Origin: Laetmonice hystrix
Lineage: Eukaryota
Assembly (NCBI GenBank): GCA_965235115.1
Contig: OZ249447.1
Coordinates: 5,146,001-5,210,000 of the forward strand
DNA length: 64,000 nucleotides
Direction: 5' to 3'
Positions 37,995 to 49,517 of this stretch are shown here, piece after piece. Below the pieces are notes generated by a model. That model was not told the origin of the DNA and ran no database searches. It saw nothing but the letters and a program-made list of their open reading frames with translations. Numbering within the stretch: the first letter of the stretch is position 1; each line of letters starts with the position of its first letter. A program made the position numbers and the translations under genes.

Positions 37995-38937
37995 GGGCCT
38001 GTGGTATTACGGTCTGTTCTACGGGTTGGCCGTGCACCATTACCTGTCCTTGATTCCTCACTCTACTCTGTCATCACGACCCACTCTAATCTACGGGTCC
38101 CAGGAGTTCACCAGAGCCTGTAGTATTACGGTCTGTTCTACGGGTTGGCCGTGCACCATTACCTGTCCTTGATTCCTCACTCTACTCTGTCATCACGGGA
38201 ATCTACGGGCCCCAGGAGTTCACCAGAGCCTGTGGTATTACGGTCTGTTCTACGGGTTGGCCGTGCACCATTACCTGTCCTTGATTCCTCACTCTACTTT
38301 GTCATCACGGCCCACTCTAATCTACCGGTCCAGGAGTTCACCAGAGCCTGTAGTATTACGGTCTGTTCTACGGGTTGGCCGTGCACCATTACCTGTCCTT
38401 GATTCCTCACTCTACTCTGTCATCACGGCCCACTCTAATCTACCGGTCCAGGAGTTCACCAGAGCCTGTAGTATTACGGTCTGTTCTACGGGTTGGCCGT
38501 GCACCATTACCTGTCCTTGATTCCTCACTCTACTCTGTCATCACGGCCCACTCTAATCTACGGGTCCCAGTTCACCAGAGCCTGTGGTATTACGGTCTGT
38601 TCTACGGGTTGGCCGTGCACCATTACCTGTCCTTGATTCCTCACTCTACTCTGTCATCACGACCCACTCTAATCTATGGGTTCCAGGAGTTCACCAGAGC
38701 CTGTAGTATTACGGTTCTACGGGTTGGTCGTGCACCATTACCTGTCCTTGATTCCTCACTCTACTCTGTCATCACGGCAATCTACGGGTCCCAGGACGGC
38801 AGGAGTTCCCCAGAGCCTGTAGTATTACGGTCTGTTCTACGGGTTGGCCGTGCACCATTGTCCTTGATTCCTCACTCTATAGCCTACTCTGTCACACCGA
38901 CGACCCACTCTAACCTACCGGTCCCAGAAGTTCACCA
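37995..38937. repeat. Minisatellite, ~118-bp unit, ~8 copies
   Basis: agagcctgtagtattacggtctgttctacgggttggccgtgcaccattacctgtccttgattcctcactctact... repeated. Confidence 0.95.
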
Positions 38938-39452
38938 TAGGATCTCACCCGCAGCGTTTCAAACAAAGTTCACATTTCACTGTACTGTCCTTAGATTTTA
39001 TCTGGTCATACATCAAATGTTACCCGAGTCCGGCAAGCCGTTGTCGGATTTCCCCACTGCTAACATCCCGACCTTTACCTTCAAATACCATCACCATCCA
39101 CCCTGATCCCCTGATGACAACATTGTCTCACAAATAACCGACCAGCAATCAATTAACCACGTAATAACCAAAGCCATTACTTCCATTACCCCGTTACACG
39201 AACAGAATGCCATAACCACAGATATTAAGTGCAGACACGCACTCATAACGCAATCACATGGCATGGTTATAGAGAGTCATCCTGACTGAGGCTATTAATA
39301 AATCCTAGATCCTCATGCTTCTTTTTTCAACATGTTGGTTAACACACCAGTCATTTATGATCAAGTCAACCCAGTTCCCTTGTAATGAAATTAACGGTTT
39401 TAACTTTATGCAAACGGGTCTCGGCACACGGAGAAAACATTGTTTCCTTGTT

Positions 39453-40917
39453 CTACCCCTGTCCCAGTCATCTTACAGGTTTGTAATGTTGCCAAAGGTT
39501 ACCATCGTTTTCCCTTGTTCTACCCCTGTCCCAGTCACCTTACAGGTTTGTAATGTTGCCAAAGGTTACCATCGTTTTCCCTTGTTCTACCCCTGTCCCG
39601 GTCACCTTACAGGTTTGTAATGTTGCCAAAGGTTACCATCGTTTTCCCTTGTTCTACCCCTGTCCCAGTCACCTTACAGGTTTGTAATGTTGCCAAAGGT
39701 TACCATCGTTTTCCCTTGTTCTACCCCTGTCCCAGTCACCTTACAGGTTTGTAATGTTGCCAAAGGTTACCATCGTTTTCCCTTGTTCTGCCCCTGTCCC
39801 AGTCATCTTACAGGTTTGTAATGTTGCCAAAGGTTACCATCGTTTTCCCTTGTTCTACCGATGTCCTAGTCACCTTACAGGTTTGTAATGTTGCCAAAGG
39901 TTACCATCGTTTTCCCTTGTTCTACCCCTGTCCCAGTCACCTTACAGGTTTGTAATGTTGCCAAAGGTTACCATCGTTTTCCCTTGTTCTACCCCTGTCC
40001 TAGTCACCTTACAGGTTTGTAATGTTGCCAAAGGTTACCATCGTTTTCCCTTGTTCTACCCCTGTCCCGGTCACCTTACAGGTTTGTAATGTTGCCAAAG
40101 GTTACCATCGTTTTCCCTTGTTCTACCCCTGTCCCAGTCACCTTACAGGTTTGTAATGTTGCCAAAGGTTACCATCGTTTTCCCTTGTTCTACCCCTGTC
40201 CCAGTCACCTTACAGGTTTGTAATGTTGCCAAAGGTTACCATCGTTTTCCCTTGTTCTGCCCCTGTCCCAGTCATCTTACAGGTTTGTAATGTTGCCAAA
40301 GGTTACCATCGTTTTCCCTTGTTCTACCGATGTCCTAGTCACCTTACAGGTTTGTAATGTTGCCAAAGGTTACCATCGTTTTCCCTTGTTCTACCCCTGT
40401 CCCAGTCACCTTACAGGTTTGTAATGTTGCCAAAGGTTACCATCGTTTTCCCTTGTTCTACCCCTGTCCCGGTCACCTTACAGGTTTGTAATGTTGCCAA
40501 AGGTTACCATCGTTTTCCCTTGTTCTACCCCTGTCCCAGTCACCTTACAGGTTTGTAATGTTGCCAAAGGTTACCATCGTTTTCCTTTGTTCTACCCCTG
40601 TCCCAGTCATCTTACAGGTTTGTAATGTTGCCAAAGGTTACCATCGTTTTCCCTTGTTCTACCCCTGTCCTAGTCATCTTACAGGTTTGTAATGTTGCCA
40701 AAGGTTACCATCGTTTTCCCTTGTTCTACCCCTGTCCCAGTCACCTTACAGGTTTGTAATGTTGCCAAAGGTTACCATCGTTTTCCCTTGTTCTACCCCT
40801 GTCCTAGTCACCTTACAGGTTTGTAATGTTGCCAAAGGTTACCATCGTTTTCCCTTGTTCTACCCCTGTCCTAGTCACCTTACAGGTTTGTAATGTTGCC
40901 AAAGGTTACCATCGTTT
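39453..40917. repeat. Minisatellite, 67-bp unit, ~22 copies
   Basis: ttacaggtttgtaatgttgccaaaggttaccatcgttttcccttgttctacccctgtcccagtcacc at 39473, 39540... Confidence 0.97.
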
Positions 40918-41224
40918 TGCTGCCACCATCTGGAGAGTAATCTTTCCACGTTATATATTACTGAACAGTCAAGAGGTTCTACTAGAATCTTTTCATCTTA
41001 CGGTCTCCATCACTATGTTTCCTTCCGCTGGGGAGTGACTCTTTCATGTTATATATTACTGAAAGTCAAGAGGTTCTCCTGGTATCACTGCCGTGGTTCC
41101 TGTACAAACTCAATTTATGGTGCAGTTTTTTCTTCTCTAGTTTTCTCCTTGTTGCTCTGGGGGCTTTGTTATGTACTCGTCTTACGATCTCCTTTTTTCA
41201 GGCCAACAGTCTCTAAAACAGTCA

Positions 41225-41310
41225 ACGCCCGAATTGCCGCCTCTGTTGTTGGGATTCGAACCCGAGTTTTCAAAACTAAAGTTCTTGCTTGAGCTTAAAT
41301 TTGCTCAGAC
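41225..41310 (-). mobile_element. Possible decayed tRNA-derived SINE fragment
   Basis: Perfect Pol III B-box GGGTTCGAATCCC on the minus strand (41251-63) with only a degenerate A-box upstream; no cloverleaf seen. Confidence 0.25.
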
Positions 41311-42731
41311 CAGGAAATCAGAAGCGTTAATGTTTTGCAAAAGCTAGGCCATGTTACAGATAAAAGTAAAAACGTCCCTGCCTTGCAACAACATACTGAC
41401 AACACTTGAGATTTCCCAAACCACCGCCCTGAAGTACCCCTTCCCCCTCCCCCTAGTGTTGTTCACATTGATGGCCACATTCCCAGCACGACATTCCTGC
41501 TTTTTCTGTAATATTACCATTAAAGCGACTCCACCTCTGAGGCCAACGTGCTCATCAGGATCCCAATACGCAGCATTTGGGACATCAATTGTAGAGCTTT
41601 CACTACTGAGTGATTGTATCGCCTGATTACACTGCCGCTGCAATGCCTACTTCCTTCTACCTGATGGTCATTAGCAGGCATGACCATATACATGGTAGGT
41701 TGCAGGCATGAGGCACTTCGTCATCATTTGTTCCAAAATCTATCAATCAACTGCGCACAACATTCTCTTGATTCAACTACTACAGAATGGTCACACGGAA
41801 ATACCTACTACAACAGACGGTAGGCACGGAATCTGCGAAATATTCATTCAACTGTACAACCACGCGTATACATGGAATATTTTACCCAAACCTTACCAGC
41901 TACAGCCAGAATGTTCTGGGGCATGCAGATGGACCATCCGCTTACAGCCGTGTTACAGCTTGCATACGGTCGGCGTGCCGGGACACCTGTTACCGCCTCA
42001 TCAGCGGGTGTGATGTCAAAAGCAATCGTGCCAGGGCCATTTGATTTTACGGACACCAATGGTGGTTAGGGCCCTGGCTATAATCCTGCACGTCAAATAG
42101 TACCTAACCCTTGCCATAAGCATAAACGTAGGGACAGCATCCTGCAATATCCAGCTAACCGCGGGTATGAAAAATGTCACAGCGGGAACTTATCATAGAC
42201 TTGACACTGTGTCAACTATCCCGACAGCAAGGCCCCATTAACGCTAAACAATCAAAATGTAGCAAGTACATTAACGTAGTCTTATCCTGTCAAGTAATGC
42301 TCATGTATTTCAAACACCACCCAGACAGGTGCCATGATCAGTCTTTTAGAAGACAGGACGCACTATACCAGTATCACATCCATATTTCATAAGTGCACCT
42401 AAAAACTAAATGTACTTAAAAACAATTCCTAATCAGCATCAGGTAAGGCTGGGAAAGCCCTGCCTGGACAATCAATAACTCCGCAGAGTTTGTTTTGGTA
42501 CGGAGGATAACGTGTACATTAATGTACATTAAACATAACTCCAGACCCCGCCGGCCTAGCTGCAGGCACTCCAGGATATTGGATCAAAAGCTCAGCCTGC
42601 TGAGCCATGAAACCGGTGAACGATGGAGATAGCAAGCTGGTCAATAACATGTTGTTGCTTCCCCCACGCACGCCGTGGGTGTGAGTTAGGTCCCACGCAC
42701 GCCTTGGGTGAGAGTTAGGTTAGGTACTCAC

Positions 42732-42942
42732 CTGACCCTCCCGATGGAGACTGGGAGTCAGAGGGAGACAGCATGGCAGCACTTGACATCATCATCCCTG
42801 CCCCTCCTCCTCCCCCTCCTCCTCCTCCTCCTCCTCCCCCTCCTCCTCCGCCAGCCGCACCCGAGTAACCCGCCGCCGCTGCCGCTACCTTCAACTCGGC
42901 ATCCCTCGGGAAGGGATACTCGGCATCCTCCGTCGTCCTCAT
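42732..42942 (-). CDS. Ala/Gly/Met-rich low-complexity exon: MRTTEDAEYPFPRDAELKVAAAAAGYSGAA(G)17AGMMMSSAAMLSPSDSQSPSGGS-G
   Basis: Open frame across a (GGA)n tract; consensus donor TCAG|GTGAGT. The 5' end is uncertain: ATG at 42942, or an upstream acceptor tatag| near 42999. Confidence 0.6.
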
Positions 42943-44279
42943 CAGTAGTAGTAGTAATGATAACGATGACAATGATAAGGTTAGGTCCAGTGTGGTTGCC
43001 TATATTACCTAAGGGCCGCCCTCCGGTGATGGCCCGCCAGGTGTTAGGGGTGAGTATAGAGTACCGACATCCTGTCCGTGTCTCATTGGACACCAAATAT
43101 AACTGGGCTGCCTTGAACCTATAGCCCGGCGGGCTCCCAGCCCACCCTGCTCTCACTGACTCTTGACAGGCCGGATCCAAAACACCCTGTTCCTGGAACA
43201 GAATCAAACACTCAACTTTTCCAAGACCGCCGCCGGCCAGCCATCCAGGATATAATAGTTCAGGTGGAGTGAAGAGTGTCGTCTCACCTCACAACGGGAA
43301 AGGCCAGACTTGAGTGCAAGTCTGCGTGTAGATTGGTTGGTTGGACTTGGCTGGAACCCCCGGCAAAGATCAGACTCTAGACACAGCGCGGATCAAACCA
43401 CTCAGTGGGCGGCACAGCCAAGGCAAAAACGTGCGGCTCTCTGGATTTTTACAATTAGGTATTGATGTCACGAGCGCCCTTCTCTGGTAAACCTGGCCGT
43501 CTTCAGCCTACCGCTGACTACTGCCATGGGAGCGGCAGCAGGCCACAGTCTGGTCGGGGGCCCAACCCCTCGGCTCACCGCCCTGCAAACAGCTGATGAC
43601 TGCAACCTGGCCCTGTCTCTGTCATTGTATACACACATCAATACAACATCCAGGAAGGCTAGGGAAGTCGAAGAGTACCAAGGGGCACATTCTCTCCTGC
43701 TTGTTCCACCTAGTCTGGGACAGCACCATCTGCAAGGCCGAGATGACAGTTAGCATCTGTAGTCTGTCCCCTAAAGAGATCCCAGACTTGTACACCAGAA
43801 AGTGTGTTATCTACAGCAGGGATGATCTTGGCTCCGATTTACCTCTCCACACCTCGTCCTTTTATCTACCAGTTTCTCTGAGACATCAAGCTCCAGTTCT
43901 CTCTCCCTCCGTCTGGGCTCCACGGTAGACTCACTGTTTTCTCCACGTGAATGTTCACATCACGACGACATGATGAAGATTCAATGATGTGTTGTGTTGC
44001 CGCTGTATACCAGTGATTCGCTCTGACCGGCATAAGAACGTCCTATTTGATTGTGGTGCCAGCTCGCGGTGTGCTCCGCCTCCTCAACCATGTGCTAGAG
44101 GTGGTGGTTTGACTGTGTGTGAGCAAGCTAGCGGTAAACGTCAACTGGGTTTATAGGTCTGAGTGGATTGGGGGTACGTACTGGAGGGGTGATGAGGTGA
44201 GAGGGTGGGGCTGATAGGTGAACCCTCCCTTCAGTACAGGAGGATTTGTAAGCATGCTCAGTTCATCCCTCCTGCTGCT

Positions 44280-44280
<1 letters not shown>

Positions 44281-44340
<60 letters not shown>
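44281..44340. repeat. (CAG)18 microsatellite
   Basis: 18 uninterrupted CAG followed by CAA CAG. Confidence 0.98.
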
Positions 44341-44341
<1 letters not shown>

Positions 44342-44402
44342 AGACAACAACAGCCAGTCAATGATCGGCACCGCTCAGTCCAGCAATCCAGGCATGAATG
44401 AA

Positions 44403-44925
44403 GCCTGACTGGAGGCGGCCGTAGCTTGGTAGAATGTTGTGGGGATCAGAGTGGGTGCGGAGGCGTGAATGGTGCCTGACTGGAGGCGGCCGCAGTGGTA
44501 GAATGTTGTAGGGATCAGAGTGGGTGCGGAGGCGTGAATGGGGCCTGACTGGAGGCGGCCGTAGTGGTAGAATGTTGTAGGGATCAGAGTGGGTGCGGAG
44601 GCGTGAATGGGGCCTGACTGGAGGCGGCCGTAGTGGTAGAATGTTGTGGGGATCAGAGTGGGTGCGGAGGCGTGAATGGGGCCTGACTGGAGGCGGCCGC
44701 AGTGGTAGAATGTTGTGGGGATGAGATTGGGTGCGGAGGCGTGAATGGTGCCTGACTGCAGGCGGCCGCAGTGGTAGAATGTTGTGGGGATCAGAGTGGG
44801 TGCGGAGGCGTGAATGGGGCCTGACTGGAGGCGGCCGTAGTGGTAGAATGTTGTGGGGATCAGAGTGGGTGCGGAGGCGTGAATGGGGACTGACTGGAGG
44901 CGGCCGCAGTGGTAGTTGTTGGGAT
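44403..44925. repeat. Minisatellite, 69-bp unit, ~7.5 copies
   Basis: tggtagaatgttgtggggatcagagtgggtgcggaggcgtgaatggggcctgactggaggcggccg(c/t)ag repeated. Confidence 0.95.
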
Positions 44926-45094
44926 CAGGGTGCAACAGTCCACACACGGCAATGCCGGCTATTGACCCACACAGCCTCGACACAACCCTATGCACTTCAC
45001 CTTCCTCGCTGTTCATACCACCAGAAACAACTGCAGGGGATCATCAAGTTATACCGAGACCGATCAGCTGTCCCGATATCAATTTAATACTTAC

Positions 45095-45199
45095 TAGATG
45101 TGCCCGACCCGCAAGCCACACCACCTGGCGCAAGTAAAATGCCTCCTCTGTCACTGACAAGGTGAATCAGATCTCCCTGCGCACCAATTGTATTATATC
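45095..45199 (-). CDS. 105-nt internal exon (phase 1-1), x-YNTIGAQGDLIHLVSDRGGILLAPGGVACGSGTS
   Basis: Strong acceptor tttatcctccattcttag|, donor CTA|GTAAGT; only one frame is open and the length is divisible by 3. Confidence 0.65.
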
Positions 45200-47249
45200 C
45201 TAAGAATGGAGGATAAATCAAATCTGTGATTATTTGGGGCAAAAGAAATGTATTAGCACACGGACCTCCCTGAGGATGTGATCATTTAAATGAAAATTTG
45301 GTTTGGCGTGTTTTTAAAGTTAATGCCTTTCCCCCGCGTTTCAAAGTGCCCATTATATCTTCATTTACAGTCGACTTCCTCCAATGTCTAACGGTTATTC
45401 CATAAAGTTGGGATTTACACAAACAAGTCATTTCCAGGAATTCTCGGAAGTGTTTGTCTATATATAAGCCCCATCACGGGATGGTCAACACGCATTCACA
45501 GCGAGCCTTATTTCATGGCTCGCTATCATTGCTGAACACAGTGTTGTAATGTTATTGCTACAGATTTCCCCAGACTACCGCAACACAAAACCAATCAATA
45601 TTACCGATCAATTGAGCACTTCGCTTGCCAGGGAGTACATAACGTGGATTCAGGCGCATTTTGTAACCATTTCCGCTATTTCCTCGTACGTCTATGCACT
45701 TATGATTATGTAAATAATTCTTATGAATGACAATCTGATACTGGTGTGAACAGCATTAGGTGCCCATTAAAGGTTTCCATAGATGCCAGTGTAATAGTTT
45801 AAAAATTCAATTGTGAGACTAAAGTTACTATTTGTATCATTTGTACATGCCGCAACACCTCTGATGCCTACATGGTTGGTTCCCCACTGCTGCATGACCA
45901 CCCCAAGCTATTCTTCATACAGTTTTATTGATAAAATCCTAGAGAGTATTATTTATAAAATCACAGATAAACATGGTTTCATTTTTCACAATATACCTCT
46001 ATCACAATTCACTTACTATAGACATAGAGGCGCGCTCCATTTTTGCACCGATTCTTTTTTCTTCTTTTTCTTTTGCGTCAATGCCTCCAAGGCCGAGGTC
46101 TCGCAAAAAACAACGCGTTTTATGCAAAAGTTCTAGCGTCAGCAGCGAATTTTTAACTGACATATCTCCTTCCGAATGCGCAGTGACAGCAGAGGCCACC
46201 ATCCCTGCGGTACTGTTACACGGGGCAATTCGAGTTGACGTGGCACAGATCTAAATGCGTGCCGCATGGCGTTTTTCACGCCGACTTGAGGGTCTGGAGA
46301 ATAGTGAAGTATTTTCAGTATACATCCAGCTCTAATAGTGTATCTTCCACTTCGATCTGATTAGACCTCTAAGCTCTCCATCTCCTGTAGTAGGCAATCA
46401 GTTAATACCTAGCCAGTCAGAGCAATCAACAGGTCATGGCGGTAATAGTTACAGTATTGGTCATACTCAGGGCATTTACTCAGCCATGCCTTTTTTGTTG
46501 TTGTGCTTTAAGCGAATTTACGAATAATTATTTAAAACTTGTAGCTCTGTTACTTTTTGATATCCTTACTTTGAAAAGATAGTCTGCAAACTTTTGGATA
46601 TTATAAGTATGCAGACCAACTGACATTATTCTTTAATTTATCTCTGGATAAAATTTACATTTTCAGTTGGTTTTGTTTTCATGAATAACAACTCCTTTAC
46701 CAGAAATAAATTCTTGGGGCTTTCTAAACACCTTACAGCATAGTAATACAGGCAGCAAACCACCAGATCCTCAAGGGTCACTTGGATACATTGAAAGACG
46801 ATTCCCCTAAAATCGTTCTGGCATGTGAAAGGACCACATTGTCATTCAGTCCACTGCCACTCACGGGTCAAAAGTTGCCCTGGGATTCCGTGAAAGGTTA
46901 CAGATATCCGATAAGCTTACGACCTCCCTTGGTGGTCTCTCGTGAGGCACAAAGTAGACTGGTCTTGTCTGTCCGAGCATCCTCACCGAACAGCAGTTTA
47001 ATTCAATGAATGGCAGACTGAGGAATAGGAGAGGCCACTTATAATGGTTGGTAAGTGTGTTCGCAACGAAATCCGCCACAATCGCCGGCGGTCAGCGAGC
47101 AGATACAGGCCGACTGCCCGCCGATACCTACCGGCCAATCTCTAAGTACAGCACGGTAAAAGCTCCGGCTCATCTAATCTGCATAACCACGTCTGGTGGT
47201 AGCCGGGAAATAAAGACACACAAAAAAGGACATGGACATCTCTCATTCT

Positions 47250-47450
47250 CCAGCTCGTGAAGCTCGTGCAGCTGCAGCGGTTGTCTGGGTTCAGCTCCCT
47301 CTACCCCATGTCTTAGGCTACCGATCGCTACTTTATGGATGTCGTCCTTTTATGGGCATCCATGATCACACCCTGGTCAACCAGAGGCCAGGCCAGGGCG
47401 GGAGCTGGGGACTGGGAGGCCGGCTTCTTGATTCCATTGTCTTTGCTTTG
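47250..47450 (-). mobile_element. Possible highly decayed RTE-type LINE 3' fragment
   Basis: The stop-riddled translation ..LTRV*SWMPIKGRHP*SSDR*PKTW.. resembles the RTE C-terminal W-x-P-xx-GKR-xx-GRP-xx-TW motif; resemblance judged by eye only. Confidence 0.25.
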
Positions 47451-47595
47451 TACTGGCCTATGGCGGCACCTCCAACCACCAAACCAGCCGTCCACTCTTC
47501 AGTCGGTCAAGTTTCATATACCCTCTCATCATACCCTCTCAAATCAGCTGGTTTCATAACACCAACAGCAACCATCACCCAGCGCTAACCTTTTA

Positions 47596-48679
47596 ACAGT
47601 ACCAACACCCACCATCGCCTACCACCTCACAGTACCAACACCCACCATCGCCTACCACCTCACAGTACCAACACCCACCATCGCCTACCACCTCACAGTA
47701 CCAACACTCACCATCGCCTACCACCTCACAGTACCAACACCCACCATCGCCTACCGTCCATCTTTCACAGTACCAACACCCACCATCGCCTACCACCTCA
47801 CAGTACCAACACCCACCATCGCCTACCACCTCACAGTACCAACACCCACCATCGCCTACCACCTCACAGTACCAACACCCACCATCGCCTACCACCTCAC
47901 AGTACCAACACCCACCATCGCCTACCACCTCACAGTACCAACACTCACCATCGCCTACCACCTCACAGTACCAACACCCACCATCGCCTACCGCCTCACA
48001 GTACCAACACCCACCATCGCCTACCACTTACTTTTCACAGTACCAACACCCACCATCGCCTACCGTCCATCTTTCACAGTACCAACACCCACCATCGCCT
48101 ACCGCTTACCTTTCACAGTACCAACACCCACCATCGCCTACCGTCCATCTTTCACAGTACCAACACCCACCATCGCCTACCACCTCACAGTACCAACACC
48201 CACCATCGCCTACCACCTCACAGTACCAACACCCACCATCGCCTACCGCCTCACAGTACCAACACCCACCATCGCCTACCACCTCACAGTACCAACACCC
48301 ACCATCGCCTACCACCTCACAGTACCAACACCCACCATCGCCTACCACCTCACAGTAACAACACCCACCATCGCCTACCACCTCACAGTACCAACACCCA
48401 CCATCGCCTACCGCCTCACAGTACCAACACCCACCATCGCCTACCGCCTCACAGTACCAACACCCACCATCGCCTACCACCTCACAGTACCAACACCCAC
48501 CATCGCCTACCACCTCACAGTACCAACACCCACCATCGCCTACCACCTCACAGTACCAACACCCACCATCGCCTACCACCTCACAGTACCAACACCCACC
48601 ATCGCCTACCACCTCACAGTACCAACACCCACCATCGCCTACCACCTCACAGTACCAACACCCACCATCGCCTACCGCC
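47596..48679. repeat. Minisatellite, 33-bp unit, ~33 copies
   Basis: acagtaccaacacccaccatcgcctaccacctc repeated. Confidence 0.97.
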
Positions 48680-49216
48680 AACCCATCATCCCCGGCTGCA
48701 TCTAAGCCAGCAACCAGACTGACGCACTTTAAAATTGAACGGGTGGATAGGTCTCATCCAATTTTCTAGAAACCAGAATCAGAAAGAGTTTCCTGGAAGA
48801 CGTGACCCTAGGGACCTTGGCATTGTAAATACTCGCCTCCTTCCTTTAACTCCTCAGTGTCTGCATCTTTTCTATCGACCACAGAAACCACTTCTCGTCT
48901 GATCCTTCAAAGACAACTTTCATCTCTTCAAAATTATTCTTTAGAAATGAACTCCTCGGAATGGCATTGACCCAGACGAACAATGCGGTAACAATGGGCA
49001 GTTTTTCCTCTGTGATACGACATCGAGCCTCTCTACGGAGAATTGTGTCCATAAACCACCAGCGACTACAGTTCTAGCGGTGTGGTTGGCCCTCACAATC
49101 AGACCCTAGTGACAATACGTCTAGAAATACAATACAATAAGCCTTGGAACATATTCCCTTCATCATACACTTACCATATGTCAGCACTTTGTCTGGTGGA
49201 CTCGTCTCAAACGGAA

Positions 49217-49445
49217 TCAAACCGGCCATTTCAGATCTCCCGGTCGGAATCTATCCTCCGGCTGCTCGGCAGCATCATTAGACTCTAGTTTAGTCGTATA
49301 CGAGACGTGGGGGCTGTAGGCAGTTTGGCGATCAGACTGGGGCTTCATGATGTCAACGGTATTATCTGTACTGATAGGGACTCCATGGGGGACACGTGGG
49401 GTCTGAGGATATGGTGGCCCTTGGGTATGTGTCCGTGTCAGGTTA
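49217..49445 (-). CDS. Candidate exon, NLTRTHTQGPPYPQTPRVPHGVPISTDNTVDIMKPQSDRQTAYSPHVSYTTKLESNDAAEQPEDRFRPGDLKWPV*
   Basis: Acceptor tcatgtttcattag| followed by a 75-codon open frame of natural composition; the 3' end (stop versus donor) is unresolved. Confidence 0.3.
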
Positions 49446-49517
49446 CTAATGAAACATGAGTGTGAGATTATTATATTCCTAGGTATACAGGAGTGCTTCA
49501 ACACCACAGCGACAGCC

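Noticed and set aside
43009-43192. Exon EQGVLDPACQESVRAGWAGSPPGYRF...
   Set aside because: Plausible splice sites and an open frame, but its phase does not join the 45095 exon and it abuts the 42.9-kb exon; left unassigned.
47593-48681. VVGDGGCWYCE repeats as a Cys-rich or metallothionein-like protein
   Set aside because: This is the translation of a 33-bp minisatellite; the frame is broken mid-array and there is no splice or start context.
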